Of a stretch of 64,000 nucleotides of DNA, positions 1 through 11,228 are shown in pieces. How positions within the stretch are numbered: position 1 is the stretch's first letter; each line of letters begins with the position of its first letter. The notes beneath the pieces were generated by a model that was given only the letters and a program-made list of their open reading frames with translations, made no database searches and was not told the DNA's origin. The translations under genes and the position numbers were made by a program. Location of the stretch: NCBI GenBank assembly GCA_965237955.1, contig OZ250169.1:768001-832000 (forward strand). Direction: 5' to 3'. This DNA is from Candidatus Marinacidobacterales bacterium (GTDB lineage: Bacteria > Acidobacteriota > Vicinamibacteria > Marinacidobacterales > SMYC01).

Positions 1-611
1 ACAACCCCACGTCAGCGTGGGTGATTCAACAACTGCGCGAGGCGTTCCCATACGACACGGCACCACGATACTTGGTCTTTGACCGCGACGCGATTTTCAG
101 CCCTGCAGTGGTGGAGTTCATCAGGGCCATGGGCACAAAGCCTGTTCGCATTTCTTATCGCAGCCCTTGGCAAAACGGTACCGCCGAACGCTGGATCGGA
201 AACTGCCGCCGCGAGATGTTAGAGCATGTAGTTGTCCTCAGTGAGCGGCATCTCGTCCGGCTCATGCGCTTGTACATCAGCTACTACCACGAGGACCGTT
301 GCCACTTGGGTCTCGACAAAGACACCCCGAACTCAAGACCCGTCACGCCCCGACCATCACCGACCGCAAAAGTCGTCGCGTTGCCGCGAGTGGGTGGGCT
401 CCACCACCGCTACGAATGGCGCGACGCCGCCTGAGCCAGTTTAGTCGCTGCGCGTCGATTGCTGGGGTCCCTCGCGATTGCGTTGTCCAGCTCCGCGGCC
501 CATTGATCGCGCGATCTCGGCAAGTGCCCGCGCGCGCCGACCCGGGTTTCTTCGTTCGTCGTAGGGCCACCAGCGGTACCATTCCCGCTGGATCAATAAT
601 GATGAAGGACA
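1..611 (+). mobile_element. 3' part of rve/integrase-core DDE transposon (transposase C-terminus to 434, terminus ...AATAATGATGAAGGACA)
   Basis: Near-identical to the inverted copy at 34910-35520; DRD, SPWQNGTAER and GGLHHRY motifs. Confidence 0.85.
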
Positions 612-1149
612 CGTACGACGATCGCCTGCTAGAAGTTGTAGGTAAGGCTCAGATCGAGGAACGTGTCGTTCCGCATCGCGTAGTGGAGATCCGCTTCGTC
701 CACGCTGAGAAGCACAATCGCTTCCGTACGCACGGACCACGCATTGGAGAGGCGCCGGCCGAATTCGAGCGCCAGCGTGCGCGTGGCGCGGGCCACGTCA
801 GTGAGATAACCAGCGGTTATCTCGGTGCTCAGGACATCATTGAAAGCGAGACGCGAGCCGAAGAAAAGGTCGTTCTCGAGCGTGTTAGGCGAACGGCTTG
901 GGGTTGCGTTGCGGCCTCGCCCGTCGTAGTGCGTATTCCGGGGCATCGTGAACGCAGATTCCAGCCGAAGGTGAACATCCATTCCAAAGCATCGTGAACA
1001 CGGATTCCGGGGATCGTGAACATCGATTCCGGGGAAGGTGAACACGGATTCCAGGCAACGTGAACGCCGGTTCCGGCATCGCGAACGCTCATCGATAGCA
1101 CGTTTCAAGGCAACTCTAGGTCGTACCCGGAAGGAGGACGATCTAGGAA

Positions 1150-2706
1150 ATGGCAGCTAAGAGGTTATCGATGAGAAAAATACGAGAGGTTCTAAGGTTA
1201 AAGTACGAGCTGGGTTTTACTCACCGCATGATCGCAAAGGCACTTCGCGTGGCGGTTGGAACGGTGAGTGAGTACCTGGCCAAGGCGAAGAAGGGTGGTC
1301 TGAGCTGGCCGCTCCCGGAGGAGCTGAGCGACGGGGAGCTGGAGGCAGGGCTGTTTCCGCCGCCGGGCTCGTCTGGCGCACGGCCGGGTCTGGACTATGC
1401 CCACATCCACGAGGAGCTGAGGCGTCACCGAGAGCTGACGTTGCTGCAGCTGTGGGTGGAGTACGCGGAGAATAAGCCGGGAGCGTACGGCTACAGCCGT
1501 TATTGCGAGCTGTACGGTCAGTGGAAGAAGAAGCTGAACCCGACGATGCGTCAACGGCATCGAGCAGGCGAGAAGACATTCGTCGATTTTTCGGGGAAGA
1601 AGCCTCACATCGTCGATCCGAAAACGGGAGAGCTCGTCGAAATGGAGCTGTTCGTCGGGACGTTGGGCGCGAGCAGTTACACCTACGTCGAAGCGACACT
1701 GAACCAGTCGCTGGAATCGTGGGCGAAGGCCCATAAGGGGATGTCGGATTACTTCGGTGGCAGTACGGAGATCTGGGTTCCGGACAACTTGAAGAGCGGC
1801 GTGGATTTGGTGGACCGTTACGAGCCAGGGATCAACCGGACGTACGAAGAGATGGCGACGCATTACGGTGCGGTTGTGGTCCCGGCTCGGGTGTTCAAGC
1901 CGAAAGACAAAGCGAAGGTGGAGTCGGCAGTGCAGGTGGCGCAGCGCTGGATCCTGGCGGTGCTTCGTCATCGCACGTTCTTCAGCCTGGCGGAACTGAA
2001 CGAAGCCATCTGGGAGAAGTTAGAGGTCCTGAATGCGCGTCCGATGCAGAAGCTCGGTGTGAGTCGGCGGGAGTTGTACGAAAGGCTAGACCGGCCCGTA
2101 CTGAAACCGCTACCGCAGGAGAGCTACGAGTTATCGACGTGGAAGCGGTGCAGAGTGAACATCGACTACCACGTGGAGGTGGAGAACAACTTGTACAGCG
2201 TTCCCTATCAGCTCATTCACGAGAAAGTCGAGGCACGGGTGACGGCCTCGGTGGTGGAGGTCCTGTTCAAGGGAAAGCGCGTCGCGTCGCATCCCCGCAA
2301 GAAAGGAAAGGGGCACTACTCCACGAACCCGGAGCATATGCCACGTTCGCATCGGGAGCACCTGGAGTGGACGCCGTCGCGGCTGCTCCACTGGGCGGAG
2401 CAGTCAGGTCGCGCCACGGGAAGGCTGGTTGCGGGGATTCTAGAGAGTCGGCCTCACCCGGAGCAGGGATTTCGCTCTTGCCTGGGAGTCATGCGACTAG
2501 GCAGCCGCTGGGGCAGTGAGCGTCTCGAGGCCGCTTGCGCACGAGCGGAAGCTTTGAGCTCTTACAGCTATCGCACGGTGAAAAACATTCTCTCGGCTGG
2601 TCTGGATCGTGTGGTGCTCGAATCGGACGCCGAAGCGAAACCGCGAGAGGAGCACGAGAACATCCGAGGCGCGGATCACTACGAAGGAGGAGAGTCCCGA
2701 TGCTGA
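1150..2706 (+). CDS. istA: IS21 transposase IstA
   Basis: N-terminal HTH; VDFSG, VPDNLKS and KDKAKVE DDE motifs. Confidence 0.95.
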   Translation: MAAKRLSMRKIREVLRLKYELGFTHRMIAKALRVAVGTVSEYLAKAKKGGLSWPLPEELSDGELEAGLFPPPGSSGARPGLDYAHIHEELRRHRELTLLQLWVEYAENKPGAYGYSRYCELYGQWKKKLNPTMRQRHRAGEKTFVDFSGKKPHIVDPKTGELVEMELFVGTLGASSYTYVEATLNQSLESWAKAHKGMSDYFGGSTEIWVPDNLKSGVDLVDRYEPGINRTYEEMATHYGAVVVPARVFKPKDKAKVESAVQVAQRWILAVLRHRTFFSLAELNEAIWEKLEVLNARPMQKLGVSRRELYERLDRPVLKPLPQESYELSTWKRCRVNIDYHVEVENNLYSVPYQLIHEKVEARVTASVVEVLFKGKRVASHPRKKGKGHYSTNPEHMPRSHREHLEWTPSRLLHWAEQSGRATGRLVAGILESRPHPEQGFRSCLGVMRLGSRWGSERLEAACARAEALSSYSYRTVKNILSAGLDRVVLESDAEAKPREEHENIRGADHYEGGESRC

Positions 2707-3458
2707 CACCCGAAACGATAGAAAAGATGAACGCCATGAAGTTGTTCGGCTTGGTGTCCGCGTTCGAAACCCAGTTGAGCTCGAGCGAATACAAGGAGCT
2801 GAGCTTCGAGGAACGTGTGGGACTCCTGGTCGATGCCGAGTGGACCGCCCGCGAACAGCGTAAGCTTTCTCGACGACTGCGAGCGGCAAAGCTCCGCTAT
2901 CCGGCATGTTTGGAGAACGTGAACTTCCAAGCGCCTCGAGGCTTAAACCGCGAACAGATCTTGAGCCTGGGCAACTGCCGCTTTGTCGGTGAGCGCCATA
3001 ACCTGCTCATCACCGGCCCGACGGGGATTGGCAAATCGTTCTTGGCTTGCGCCTTCGTGGAGCGGGCCTGTCGTCGCGGCTTCACCGGATGCTACGTGCG
3101 AGCACCGCGCTTGCTCCACGAGCTCGCGGTCGCTCGTGGTGATGGTTCCTACGCCCGGCTTTTGACGAAACTCGCCAAGCTGGACTTACTGGCTATCGAT
3201 GATTGGCTGCTTCACCCGCTGAAAGAATCGGAGAGACGGGATCTAATGGAGGTCATCGAAGACCGCGCCGAGCGTGGCTCCACACTCATCGCGACCCAGA
3301 TTCCGCTCAAGCAGTGGCACGAAGCGATTGGCGACCCAAACCAGGCAGACGCTATCTGCGATCGCATTCTCCACAGCGCGCACCGCATCACTCTCAAAGG
3401 AGCTTCTCTGAGAAAGACCAAGGCTGCGCCAAAGGCATTTGACAACGCCGATGCATGA
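2700..3458 (+). CDS. istB: IS21 helper ATPase IstB
   Basis: Walker A GPTGIGKS, Walker B LAIDDW; ATG at 2700 overlaps the istA end. Confidence 0.95.
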   Translation: MLTPETIEKMNAMKLFGLVSAFETQLSSSEYKELSFEERVGLLVDAEWTAREQRKLSRRLRAAKLRYPACLENVNFQAPRGLNREQILSLGNCRFVGERHNLLITGPTGIGKSFLACAFVERACRRGFTGCYVRAPRLLHELAVARGDGSYARLLTKLAKLDLLAIDDWLLHPLKESERRDLMEVIEDRAERGSTLIATQIPLKQWHEAIGDPNQADAICDRILHSAHRITLKGASLRKTKAAPKAFDNADA

Positions 3459-4102
3459 GCGAGCGAGGGACCACAGCGTCGATGCGATAAAAACGGGTGA
3501 AACCGCCAAACCCGGGGTACCAGACGATGCGGCGCCAAAACGACGCGCGAGAATGCCTCAGGAAGCGTCTTCTCGAGCCAGGCCATACCCCAGCAACCCC
3601 CCGAAACCAGCCCCACATCGCCCGGGGTTCGGCCGCGGCAGGTCGCTGCCTACGGGAGCGGGAAGGTCGCTTCGCGTCTTTCCTTACGCCCGCTCCCTCC
3701 GGCACCGACCTGCCGCCCCTTGCTACACAACACGCAGGTAAGATAGGTTCACGTTTTCAATCAGTGGAAAGGAGGTCACCCAACACTTCATCGCTTCGAT
3801 GAGCGTTCGGCTTCACCGGATTCGCTGTTCAGCTTGCTCTGGATTCGGCGTTCACGATGGCTGGAATACGCATCGTAGTTCCATTCGCTGATCACGCTGA
3901 GATCGACCACCGATCTAGCCACCGAGTAGAATGTGTACTCGCCGCCGAAAACGGTAGCGAAGTAGTCTCTTCTACTCCCGACAGGTTGCGTGCCCCCGCG
4001 CGCTGAATCGCCTCCGGCTTCAAGAGCCAGGAGCCGGTCGTCATCTGGGCGTCCACCCCGAACTGGCGGATCTGCGCGTAGTCGTCCTGTGCCAAAACTC
4101 GC

Positions 4103-4411
4103 TGTGCCTTCTATTTATTCATCCGGGCGCCCCAAACTTGATTAGTCTCCGGTCTGCCGGCACCATGCCTGCTTGATTTCGTCGTTTGTTCGCGCTCTCA
4201 TCTCCGCCTTCAAGGCTCGTCGCGAGCTGGCTCTCGACAATGTCGCTCTTCGGCAGCAGCTCGCCGTCCTCCGCCGTTCGGTGAAACGGCCGCGGCTCTC
4301 GAACGTCGACCGCGGGTTTTGGGTAACTGTAGAGCCTAAGGGCCCTTGGCCCAGTCGCTAAGCTGCTGATTTATGGTCTATTTCAAAAGGGCTGAGTTTT
4401 GGCACAGGACG
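4103..4411 (+). mobile_element. 309-bp non-autonomous rve-family element (MITE), copy 1
   Basis: Starts TGTGCCTTCTATTTATT, ends TTTTGGCACAGGACG; carries a transposase 5' fragment (ALRQQLAVL); near-identical to 13993-14301 and 22287-22595. Confidence 0.85.
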
Positions 4412-4553
4412 GGATTGGGTACGCATCCCCGAGGCTCCGACTAATCCCGAACGAAGGACCGTTGCGCCCCGATTCATTGGAGCAGGTGACGAAAACCTGC
4501 TACTCTCGTCGTTTCTAGAAACAACGACTTGGACCTGCGGTGGGTCTTACAAT

Positions 4554-5738
4554 ATGGACGCGGACACGGCCAAGAACTCATCTCCAAACAACGGCAAACT
4601 CTGTCCGCCAGCCGAGCCGGGGCGGTGGATTCACGTTTCCTACATAGGCTGTCTAGGCTGTCTCATTTATGTCATCCTTCTACCCATAGGTGGACTGCCT
4701 AACTATTTTCCTCAACAAACCCTCCTAGCCCACGCAGCTCTCGCGATCGTGCTGGTTTCGATAATCTTGGAGCAATACTTTAGTTACGGTACTAGAGTTC
4801 ACAAGCAACGGCTGGAGGACTGTAGCGTCGTGGAGGCTACTATCGTCGAAGCACGAACCGTAGCTCCGCGGCTAACGGAACCCGAAGTGAGACCGCACGA
4901 TTACGATCGGAAGCAAAAAGAACTGCAGGAAGAGGCCACTAGACTGGAAGATATAGGAAGTGAGTGTTGGACGGAGTATCAGATCCTGCCGCTAAGCCAA
5001 ATGCTTGTGGAATTTCTGGCCATTGATGACTTGAAAGAGCAAGCTAGGTCAAGCCTTTCTGATATCGAGGAATACGCGATCGACATTTCGTACCCATTGG
5101 ATATCCGTAGGTACGATCGTTGGGAAGAGCGAATCAACAACAAGATGGGCGAGATTGAGAAAGCGCGTGACCAACCCAAGGGAGTCGATCCTGACATTGC
5201 ACAGGACGACGCCGCCGAACCTTTACGGGCCGCTCTCCGGATGCTTCTCGAGCACGTCGCTGGCTACGAAAAGTACTGGGTTGAGGGAAGCGCATATCTT
5301 CGTAGTCTCATCACGTGTTCAGCGGTAGCGATCCCTGTTTTCGTAGCAATGGGACTGCTACCGCTTTGGCATCCGGGCGGGGACGGCCGGCTCGATTGGT
5401 TGCATTGGGCTCAGTTGGGAATCGCAGGTGCATTGACGGCCGTGTTGCTAGATTATCGGAGATCTGATGTCGTTGAAGTGGGCGTGACGGAGGGCCGAAA
5501 GGAACTGTGGCGTGCCGTCACAGGTTCAGTACTGGGGTCAGTTGCTGGCCTTCTCGTCTACGGCATGTTGCTCGGCGGCCTACTGGAGGGCAACTTGTTC
5601 CCTGAAGTATTGTTCTCTGAAACAGGAAGTGACACGTTGTCGCATGCGGGACGGTCCTTCTTCTGGGCCCTCTCAGCAGGATTCACTTTCGAAAAGGTAT
5701 TCGAACGTGTTCGTGGCGCACTGGGGCCAAATCAATGA
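4554..5738 (+). CDS. Hypothetical multi-pass membrane protein (about 2 N-terminal and 4 C-terminal TM segments around an acidic helical domain)
   Basis: 394-aa ORF with hydrophobic segments; stop overlaps the next ATG (ATGA). Confidence 0.8.
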   Translation: MDADTAKNSSPNNGKLCPPAEPGRWIHVSYIGCLGCLIYVILLPIGGLPNYFPQQTLLAHAALAIVLVSIILEQYFSYGTRVHKQRLEDCSVVEATIVEARTVAPRLTEPEVRPHDYDRKQKELQEEATRLEDIGSECWTEYQILPLSQMLVEFLAIDDLKEQARSSLSDIEEYAIDISYPLDIRRYDRWEERINNKMGEIEKARDQPKGVDPDIAQDDAAEPLRAALRMLLEHVAGYEKYWVEGSAYLRSLITCSAVAIPVFVAMGLLPLWHPGGDGRLDWLHWAQLGIAGALTAVLLDYRRSDVVEVGVTEGRKELWRAVTGSVLGSVAGLLVYGMLLGGLLEGNLFPEVLFSETGSDTLSHAGRSFFWALSAGFTFEKVFERVRGALGPNQ

Positions 5739-6163
5739 AGGATCAACAAGTTCTTCGTTCTATTGACAAGAGTCCTGGCGAGCGGGTCGCGCACGAAGTG
5801 TATGGAGAGGAGCTCATTCTCGATCTGCACGGCTGCCAAACCGAGCGGTTTACACGAGCCGAGATTGCGCGCTTCTGCTCAGAGCTGTGTGAATTGATCG
5901 ACATGGAACGGTGCGATCTGCATTTTTGGGATGATGTAGACGTGCCTGTAGGTGAACGCCAAACGCACCCCAAGACAAAGGGAACGAGCGCTGTGCAGTT
6001 CATCCTCACGAGTACGATCGTCATCCACACGCTGGAGCTGATGGGTTCCGCGTATGTCAACATTTTTTCGTGCAAAGAATTCGATTCAGACGAAGCAGCC
6101 CGTTTTACGGCGAAGTGGTTTGAATCCACTGACTGGACAACCACCGTAGTAACCAGACGCTAA
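5735..6163 (+). CDS. S-adenosylmethionine decarboxylase (SpeD/AdoMetDC)-like proenzyme
   Basis: YGEELILDLHGC, GTSAVQFILTSTIVIHT and VNIFSCK align with the class 1B AdoMetDC pattern; the canonical ESH site reads TST. Confidence 0.75.
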   Translation: MKDQQVLRSIDKSPGERVAHEVYGEELILDLHGCQTERFTRAEIARFCSELCELIDMERCDLHFWDDVDVPVGERQTHPKTKGTSAVQFILTSTIVIHTLELMGSAYVNIFSCKEFDSDEAARFTAKWFESTDWTTTVVTRR

Positions 6164-6186
6164 CGGGCATCAGACTGGAGGTAAGA

Positions 6187-7554
6187 ATGGCTATGTTGTT
6201 GTTCGAGGAGCAATTTGAGGCTTCGGTGAACGTGAGGCATAACGGTCTTCTCGGACACCTCCGCGAATCCAGCGCACGGCAGTTGTCGAAGGACCTCGTA
6301 GCGGTCAGATTCGTGGTCACCTCTAGTACGTCGTCGGGTTATCAATGTGAGCTCGGGGCCATAACCGGCCTTGATGAAACCAGACATCGGTCAATCAGCT
6401 CCATCTTTAGATTCCAACGCCGACTCACCGAGAATGCCCAAGAGTTCAACGTCGTGCTTATGGTTCCCACAGGTGTGGGCTCGGAGATAGGCGGGCACGC
6501 CGGCGATGCCGCCCCAGTTGCCAGAATGCTGGCGGAAGTGTCCGACACGATCCTTCTTCATCCGAACGTGGTGAACGCGTCCGATGTCAACGAAATGCCA
6601 GAGAATGCCCTGTACGTTGAGGGAAGTGTACTGTGCCGCCTATTGATGGGCACAGTTGGGCTGCAACGAGTACGCTCGAATCGTGTTTTGGTCGTAATCG
6701 ATGCACACAGCGACGAACTTTTTGTGAACGCAGCCGTCAATGCTGTCAGTGGCGCTCGAGCCGCCTATGGTCTCTCATGTGCTGAGGTCGTCTGCCTTGA
6801 TCCGCCGGTGAAACTCCTAGCACGCTACGCTGCGTCTGGCAGGGCAGCGGGCCGCGTCGAGGACTTGGAAGGTTTGATCCAGCTACTCGATGATCGTGCT
6901 GGACAGTACGATGCCGTAGCCATCTCATCAGTTATCGACGTACCTGCGGAGTTTCACCAGGGCTACTTTGACGCGGGCGGGAAGATGGTAAATCCGTGGG
7001 GCGGAGTCGAAGCCATGCTAACGCATTCACTGTCAAGCCTTTATAACTTGCCCACAGCTCATTCACCGATGTTCGAGTCTCGAGAGATCGCCAACATGGA
7101 CCCGGGAATTGTCGACCCCCGAATGGCGGCGGAAGCCGTGTCGGCGACTTTCCTACAATGCACCTTGAAGGGTCTTCAAAGAAGCCCTCGCCTCGTTACA
7201 AGTCCACAAGCGATGAACGAGTCAGGGGTGTTCACAGCTTCGGACGTCTCGTGTCTCGTGATCCCAGACGGATGCTTAGGGCTCCCGACGCTCGCGGCGC
7301 TAGAACAGGGTATTCCAGTGATCGCCGTCCGAGAGAACCGCAACAAGATGAAGAATGATCTCTCCTCACTGCCCTGGGCTGCCGGCCAGTTTCATCAGCT
7401 CGAGAACTACTGGGAGGCAGCAGGAGTGATTGCGGCGATGCGCGCCGGGATCGATCCAGTTTCAGTCCGGCGGCCACTCGCCCGAACAACAGTGTCGAAG
7501 TTTGTTGCTTCCGATATGACTCGCGCCGGAAGACGCGGGTCGTATAATCTTTAG
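6187..7554 (+). CDS. DUF3326 family protein with N-terminal extension
   Basis: VPTGVGSEIGGHAGDA, HPNVVN, YVEGS and PRMAAEAV motifs; GGAGG RBS. Confidence 0.8.
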   Translation: MAMLLFEEQFEASVNVRHNGLLGHLRESSARQLSKDLVAVRFVVTSSTSSGYQCELGAITGLDETRHRSISSIFRFQRRLTENAQEFNVVLMVPTGVGSEIGGHAGDAAPVARMLAEVSDTILLHPNVVNASDVNEMPENALYVEGSVLCRLLMGTVGLQRVRSNRVLVVIDAHSDELFVNAAVNAVSGARAAYGLSCAEVVCLDPPVKLLARYAASGRAAGRVEDLEGLIQLLDDRAGQYDAVAISSVIDVPAEFHQGYFDAGGKMVNPWGGVEAMLTHSLSSLYNLPTAHSPMFESREIANMDPGIVDPRMAAEAVSATFLQCTLKGLQRSPRLVTSPQAMNESGVFTASDVSCLVIPDGCLGLPTLAALEQGIPVIAVRENRNKMKNDLSSLPWAAGQFHQLENYWEAAGVIAAMRAGIDPVSVRRPLARTTVSKFVASDMTRAGRRGSYNL

Positions 7555-7965
7555 TGTCCCTTCCGGGGATGGTAGAGACCTGTGCCTTCTATTTATTCAT
7601 CCGCGCGCACCGAATTTGACTAGTCCCTATACAAGCGCGATTGTGAGAAAAAAATAGGCCAGGGAAGAGAGACATCCTTTCGAGGCCTGCTAGCAGGAAA
7701 GCCGCTGCACGGCCTCGTTCGGCTACCCCGTCCTGTGCCAAAACTCCAGCCCTTTCGAAATAGACCACAAATCAGCGGCTTAGACGCCCTTGGAATCCGC
7801 GCAGAATCGAGGGTATTTCGCGCCGCAGGGTTGTCTTCCGACCCCTGGGCTGCGGGTGGCGAGCGAAGGCCCACCGGGGGTGCGCACGGCTGGCTCAAAT
7901 CGGCTGCGGGGCGAGCTACGGGCAGTGAAACTGCGCACCCGGAAGTCGTAAGGTCAAAATACTCA

Positions 7966-9333
7966 GGATCCGTCCCGCTTCCCGTGGAAATAAGAATGGC
8001 GTAACCTCCGGTTAAACAAAACGAAACCGCGCCTGGAAAGGCGAGGAGGAGGATTACGCCATGAAGAAGCCTACCACCATATCGAAGGAGTCTGTAAGCG
8101 AGTATCGGGAGTTCGTCCAACTTCGGCTGCGTAAGCGGGTACTGGAGGCAATCGAGGTCGTGCTCGAGGAAGAAGTCGACCAAGCGCTGGGGTGTGGTAG
8201 CTACGAGCGTGCGGAAGACCGCCGTGGATATCGCAACGGAGCCGAAACCCGTCGCGTGACGACGTCGGTGGGGACTCGGCGAGCTCCGGGTGCCACGAGC
8301 CCGCGTGCGAGACGAGGAAACGGGAGAAACGACAGAGTTCAGGAGCGAGCTGTTGCCCCGGTACGCGCGCCGGACTCGTGAGGTCGACGAGGCGATCTTG
8401 GGGACGTACTTGTCGGGCGCGAATAGCCGCCGGATCCGCAAAGCGCTGAAACCACTGCTCGGTGAGGAGCACCTATCGAAGAGCGCGGTGTCTCGCGTGG
8501 TTAGCCGGCTGAAGGAGCGCTTCGAGGAATGGCAGAACCGTGCTCTCAGCGAGGAGGTCTACGCGATCGTTTACCTGGACGGCTTCCACCTGAAAGTACG
8601 GATGGCGAAACGTGTGATCAGCGTACCCGTACTGGTCGCGCTCGGGGTCGCGCCAGACGGGCACAAACGTCTGTTGTCATTGCGTCTGGCGGTGAGCGAA
8701 GCCTCGACGCATTGGGGCTCCGTGCTGGAGGGACTCCAGGCTCGAGGACTCCGGGCTCCCAAGCTAGTGATCAGCGACGGCCACAAGGGGCTGACGAAAG
8801 CGCTGGAGAAGTGGCCGGGGTGCCGGTTGCAGCGATGTACCGAGCACAAGCGCGCCAACTTGCTCGAACATTGCCCGGCGCACGCACGCCGTGAGCTCCG
8901 GCGTGACTACAACCGGATCGTCTACGCCAAGAACGGGATCGATGCTCGCAAAGCCTATGACGAGCTCGTCGCCAAGTGGACGCCTCTCGCGCCGGCCGTC
9001 GTCCGAAGCCTAGAGGAGGCCGGTAATCAGCTGCTGACCTTCTACGAATTCCCTCGTGCCATGTGGAAATCGATTCGAACGACCAATGCTCTGGAGAATC
9101 TCAACCGCGAGTTTCGACGCCGGACGAAAACCCAAGCGTCGTTCTCCAGCGAGGAGTCCGCGGTCGCTTTGCTGTTTGGGCTTATCGCCTCTGGCCAGAT
9201 TCAACTACGACGCATCGACGGCTACCAACGTCTGAGCGAGGTTCTCGAACACGCGGAGGTTGCCGCCTGATCTGATACTCTGATGACGGAGTGGAGCGTG
9301 CCGTTCTTTTTCCACGGACCTCGGGACACATCC
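7966..9333 (+). mobile_element. IS256-family element
   Basis: Imperfect IRs GGATCCGTCCCG.. / ..CGGGACACATCC; DR AATACTCA (7958-7965, 9335-9342). Confidence 0.9.
8061..9270 (+). pseudogene. IS256 transposase, frameshifted near 8280
   Basis: GYRNG in ORF1, then VPRAR, YLDG and RTTNALENLNREFRRR in ORF2; one extra base in CGG-C-GAG. Confidence 0.85.
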
Positions 9334-9407
9334 GAATACTCATGCGGCTTCCCGATGGTAGAAACGTAGCAACCCGCCAAGCCGTTCACGGGAGCGCACC
9401 ATAGACA

Positions 9408-10692
9408 CTAAGTAGTCTTTTTCATAAGTACAGTGACGTATATTTAAGTTGCTGAAAGAGCGCCTCTCTGGCATGATTCTGCCCATTGGAGCAGATAAAT
9501 GCCTAGAGAATCGCCGTTTGACATTGAGTTGACCGTCGACGAGCACGATATCCTTGAAGAAACAGCCAGAGCATATACGTCACCGTATATCGATGTTGTT
9601 CGTGCAAAGATCATTCTGTATGCCGCCGAAGGCCTGACGAACAAGGAGATTGGAGAGCGCCTCGACACTCCGCGACAGATCGTGAGCAAGTGGCGGAAGC
9701 GTTTTTTCGACCAACGCCTGGCAGGGCTGCAAGAGCAGCCCCGCCGGGGGCGGCCCGGCCAGTTTTCCCCCCTCCGTCGTCGTCGCCGTAAAGGCTCTCG
9801 CGTGTGAGTTGCCGCACCAAACTGGACTGCCGCTCTCACGACTCAGCACCGCGGACCTCCGTCGAGCCGCGATCGACCGTGGGATCGTGGCGAACATCGG
9901 ACAGACGACCATCTGGCGTTGGTTGAGTGAGGACGCCATTAAGCCCTGGACCCATCGTAGCTGGGTGTTCCCGCGCGACCCGGACTTCGAAGCCAAAGCA
10001 GCTCCCATTCTCGACCTCTACCAAGGACGTTGGCGTCGTAAGCCCTTCTCTGGAAACGAGTTCGTCATCAGCGCCGATGAGAAACCCCGTATCCAGTGCC
10101 GGCTTCGCACATACCCGACGACTTCGACGGCTCCAGGGCGGCCGATGCGCATCGAGCATGAGTACTCTCGTGAAGGCACGGTGAACTACCTTGCCGCATG
10201 GGATGTTCACCGCGCGAAAGTCTTCGGTCATTGCGAACCGAAGAGCACGATCGTCTCCTTCGAGCGCTTCGTCGGGCAAGTCATGCGTCGCAAGCCCTAT
10301 CGCACCGCGAAGCGAGTCTTCTGGATCGTCGATAACGCTTCCATTCATCGCGGCAAAGCTTCTGTCGAGCGCTTCCGGCAACAGTGGCCTAATTCCGTAC
10401 TCGTTCATACCCCAACCCATGCCAGCTGGCTCAATCAAGTCGAGATCTTCTTCTCTATCGTTCAAAGAAAGGTCCTCACCCCGAACGACTTCTTGGCACC
10501 CGACGACATCCCTTTCCATCTTTCCAAGTTCGAACGCTACTACGAGGACATCGCTCGACCCTTTCAATGGAAATTCACCCGCAAAGACCTCAAACAGCTG
10601 ATGAAACGCCTTGCCGTATACGAACCTCGTCTTGCTTCCGCCGCTTGACCGTTGAAAAATACGTCACCGAACTTTCGGGATAGCGTACTTAG
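9408..10692 (+). mobile_element. IS630-family element (orfA 9499-9807, orfB 9809-10648; probable programmed frameshift)
   Basis: CTAAGTA...TACTTAG ends; HTH orfA; SADEK, IVDN and WLNQVE motifs; TTTTCCCCCC slippery site near 9763. Confidence 0.9.
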
Positions 10693-10741
10693 CGGCTGAT
10701 TTATGGTCTATTTCAAAAGGGCCGAGTTTTGGCACAGGACG

Positions 10742-11000
10742 GGGTGCATTGGTACAACACGCAACGACTCTTGGAGCCGATCGGAAATGTCGCCCCCGTC
10801 GAGTACGAGATGAACTACTATCGGTCGCAGGAAGGCTCGCTAGAGATGGCGAGACTCAACTAAAACAGTCTCCGGAAAACCAAACGACGTGGGAGCTCAC
10901 ACCGGGCCGCATCATCAACCGATGCTACGAGCACGCCTCGACAGTGTTGACGTCCAACAAGAGCTTCGAAGAATGGGGGGCCGTCATGGGCGATGAGGTC
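10742..11000 (+). pseudogene. Fused remnants of an IS3-family 3' end and an istB fragment
   Basis: WYN..R..APVEYE-like stretch, then YEHASTVLTSNKSFEEWG similar to istB at 40087-40926. Confidence 0.55.
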
Positions 11001-11228
11001 CACCAATCAGCCTCAAACTGGCCCCAATTCCCTGTCCTGGTTTCCAGACAAGATCGCGTAGCTCCTTGTACTGGACGGAGTCATCTGCGTCTCCTCTGTA
11101 AAGCTCCGCTGGATGAATTCGAGATTTGGCCAATTCGAATTCCGCTCAGACCGAGTCTGGACCCGGAAGATCCCCCTTGATAGTCATAGTCCCGCAGCCT
11201 CGCAATGACACACTTGTTAGGTGCTGCA

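Larger units (their letters stand above)
930..3872 (+). mobile_element. IS21-family insertion sequence
   Basis: Termini TGCGTATTCC...GGAATACGCA; 6-bp DR TCGTAG (924-929, 3873-3878); tandem GTGAAC/ATTCC end repeats at 940-1090; istA-istB. Confidence 0.95.
629..4082 (-). pseudogene. Outer-membrane beta-barrel-like protein fragment, 5'-truncated by an rve end, frameshifted, and split by IS21
   Basis: Frame rejoins across the IS21 TSD (...SEWNYD|GRGRNATP...); alternating beta pattern ending LSLTYNF. Confidence 0.6.
7729..10741. mobile_element. rve-family element with about 53-bp inverted termini, carrying nested IS256 and IS630
   Basis: CGTCCTGTGCCAAAACTC at 7729 and GAGTTTTGGCACAGGACG ending at 10741; internal rve 3' remnant (RERLGGLLRFYHREAA). 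Confidence 0.7.

Noticed and set aside
940-1090. Tandem repeats of about 23 bp resembling a CRISPR array
   Set aside because: No unique spacers; they are the transposase-binding repeats of the IS21 left end
11150-11228. ACCTAAC (RYYYAAC) after the AbiJ stop suggesting an integron attC
   Set aside because: No matching GTTRRRY or palindromic arm at a suitable distance, and no IntI in the window
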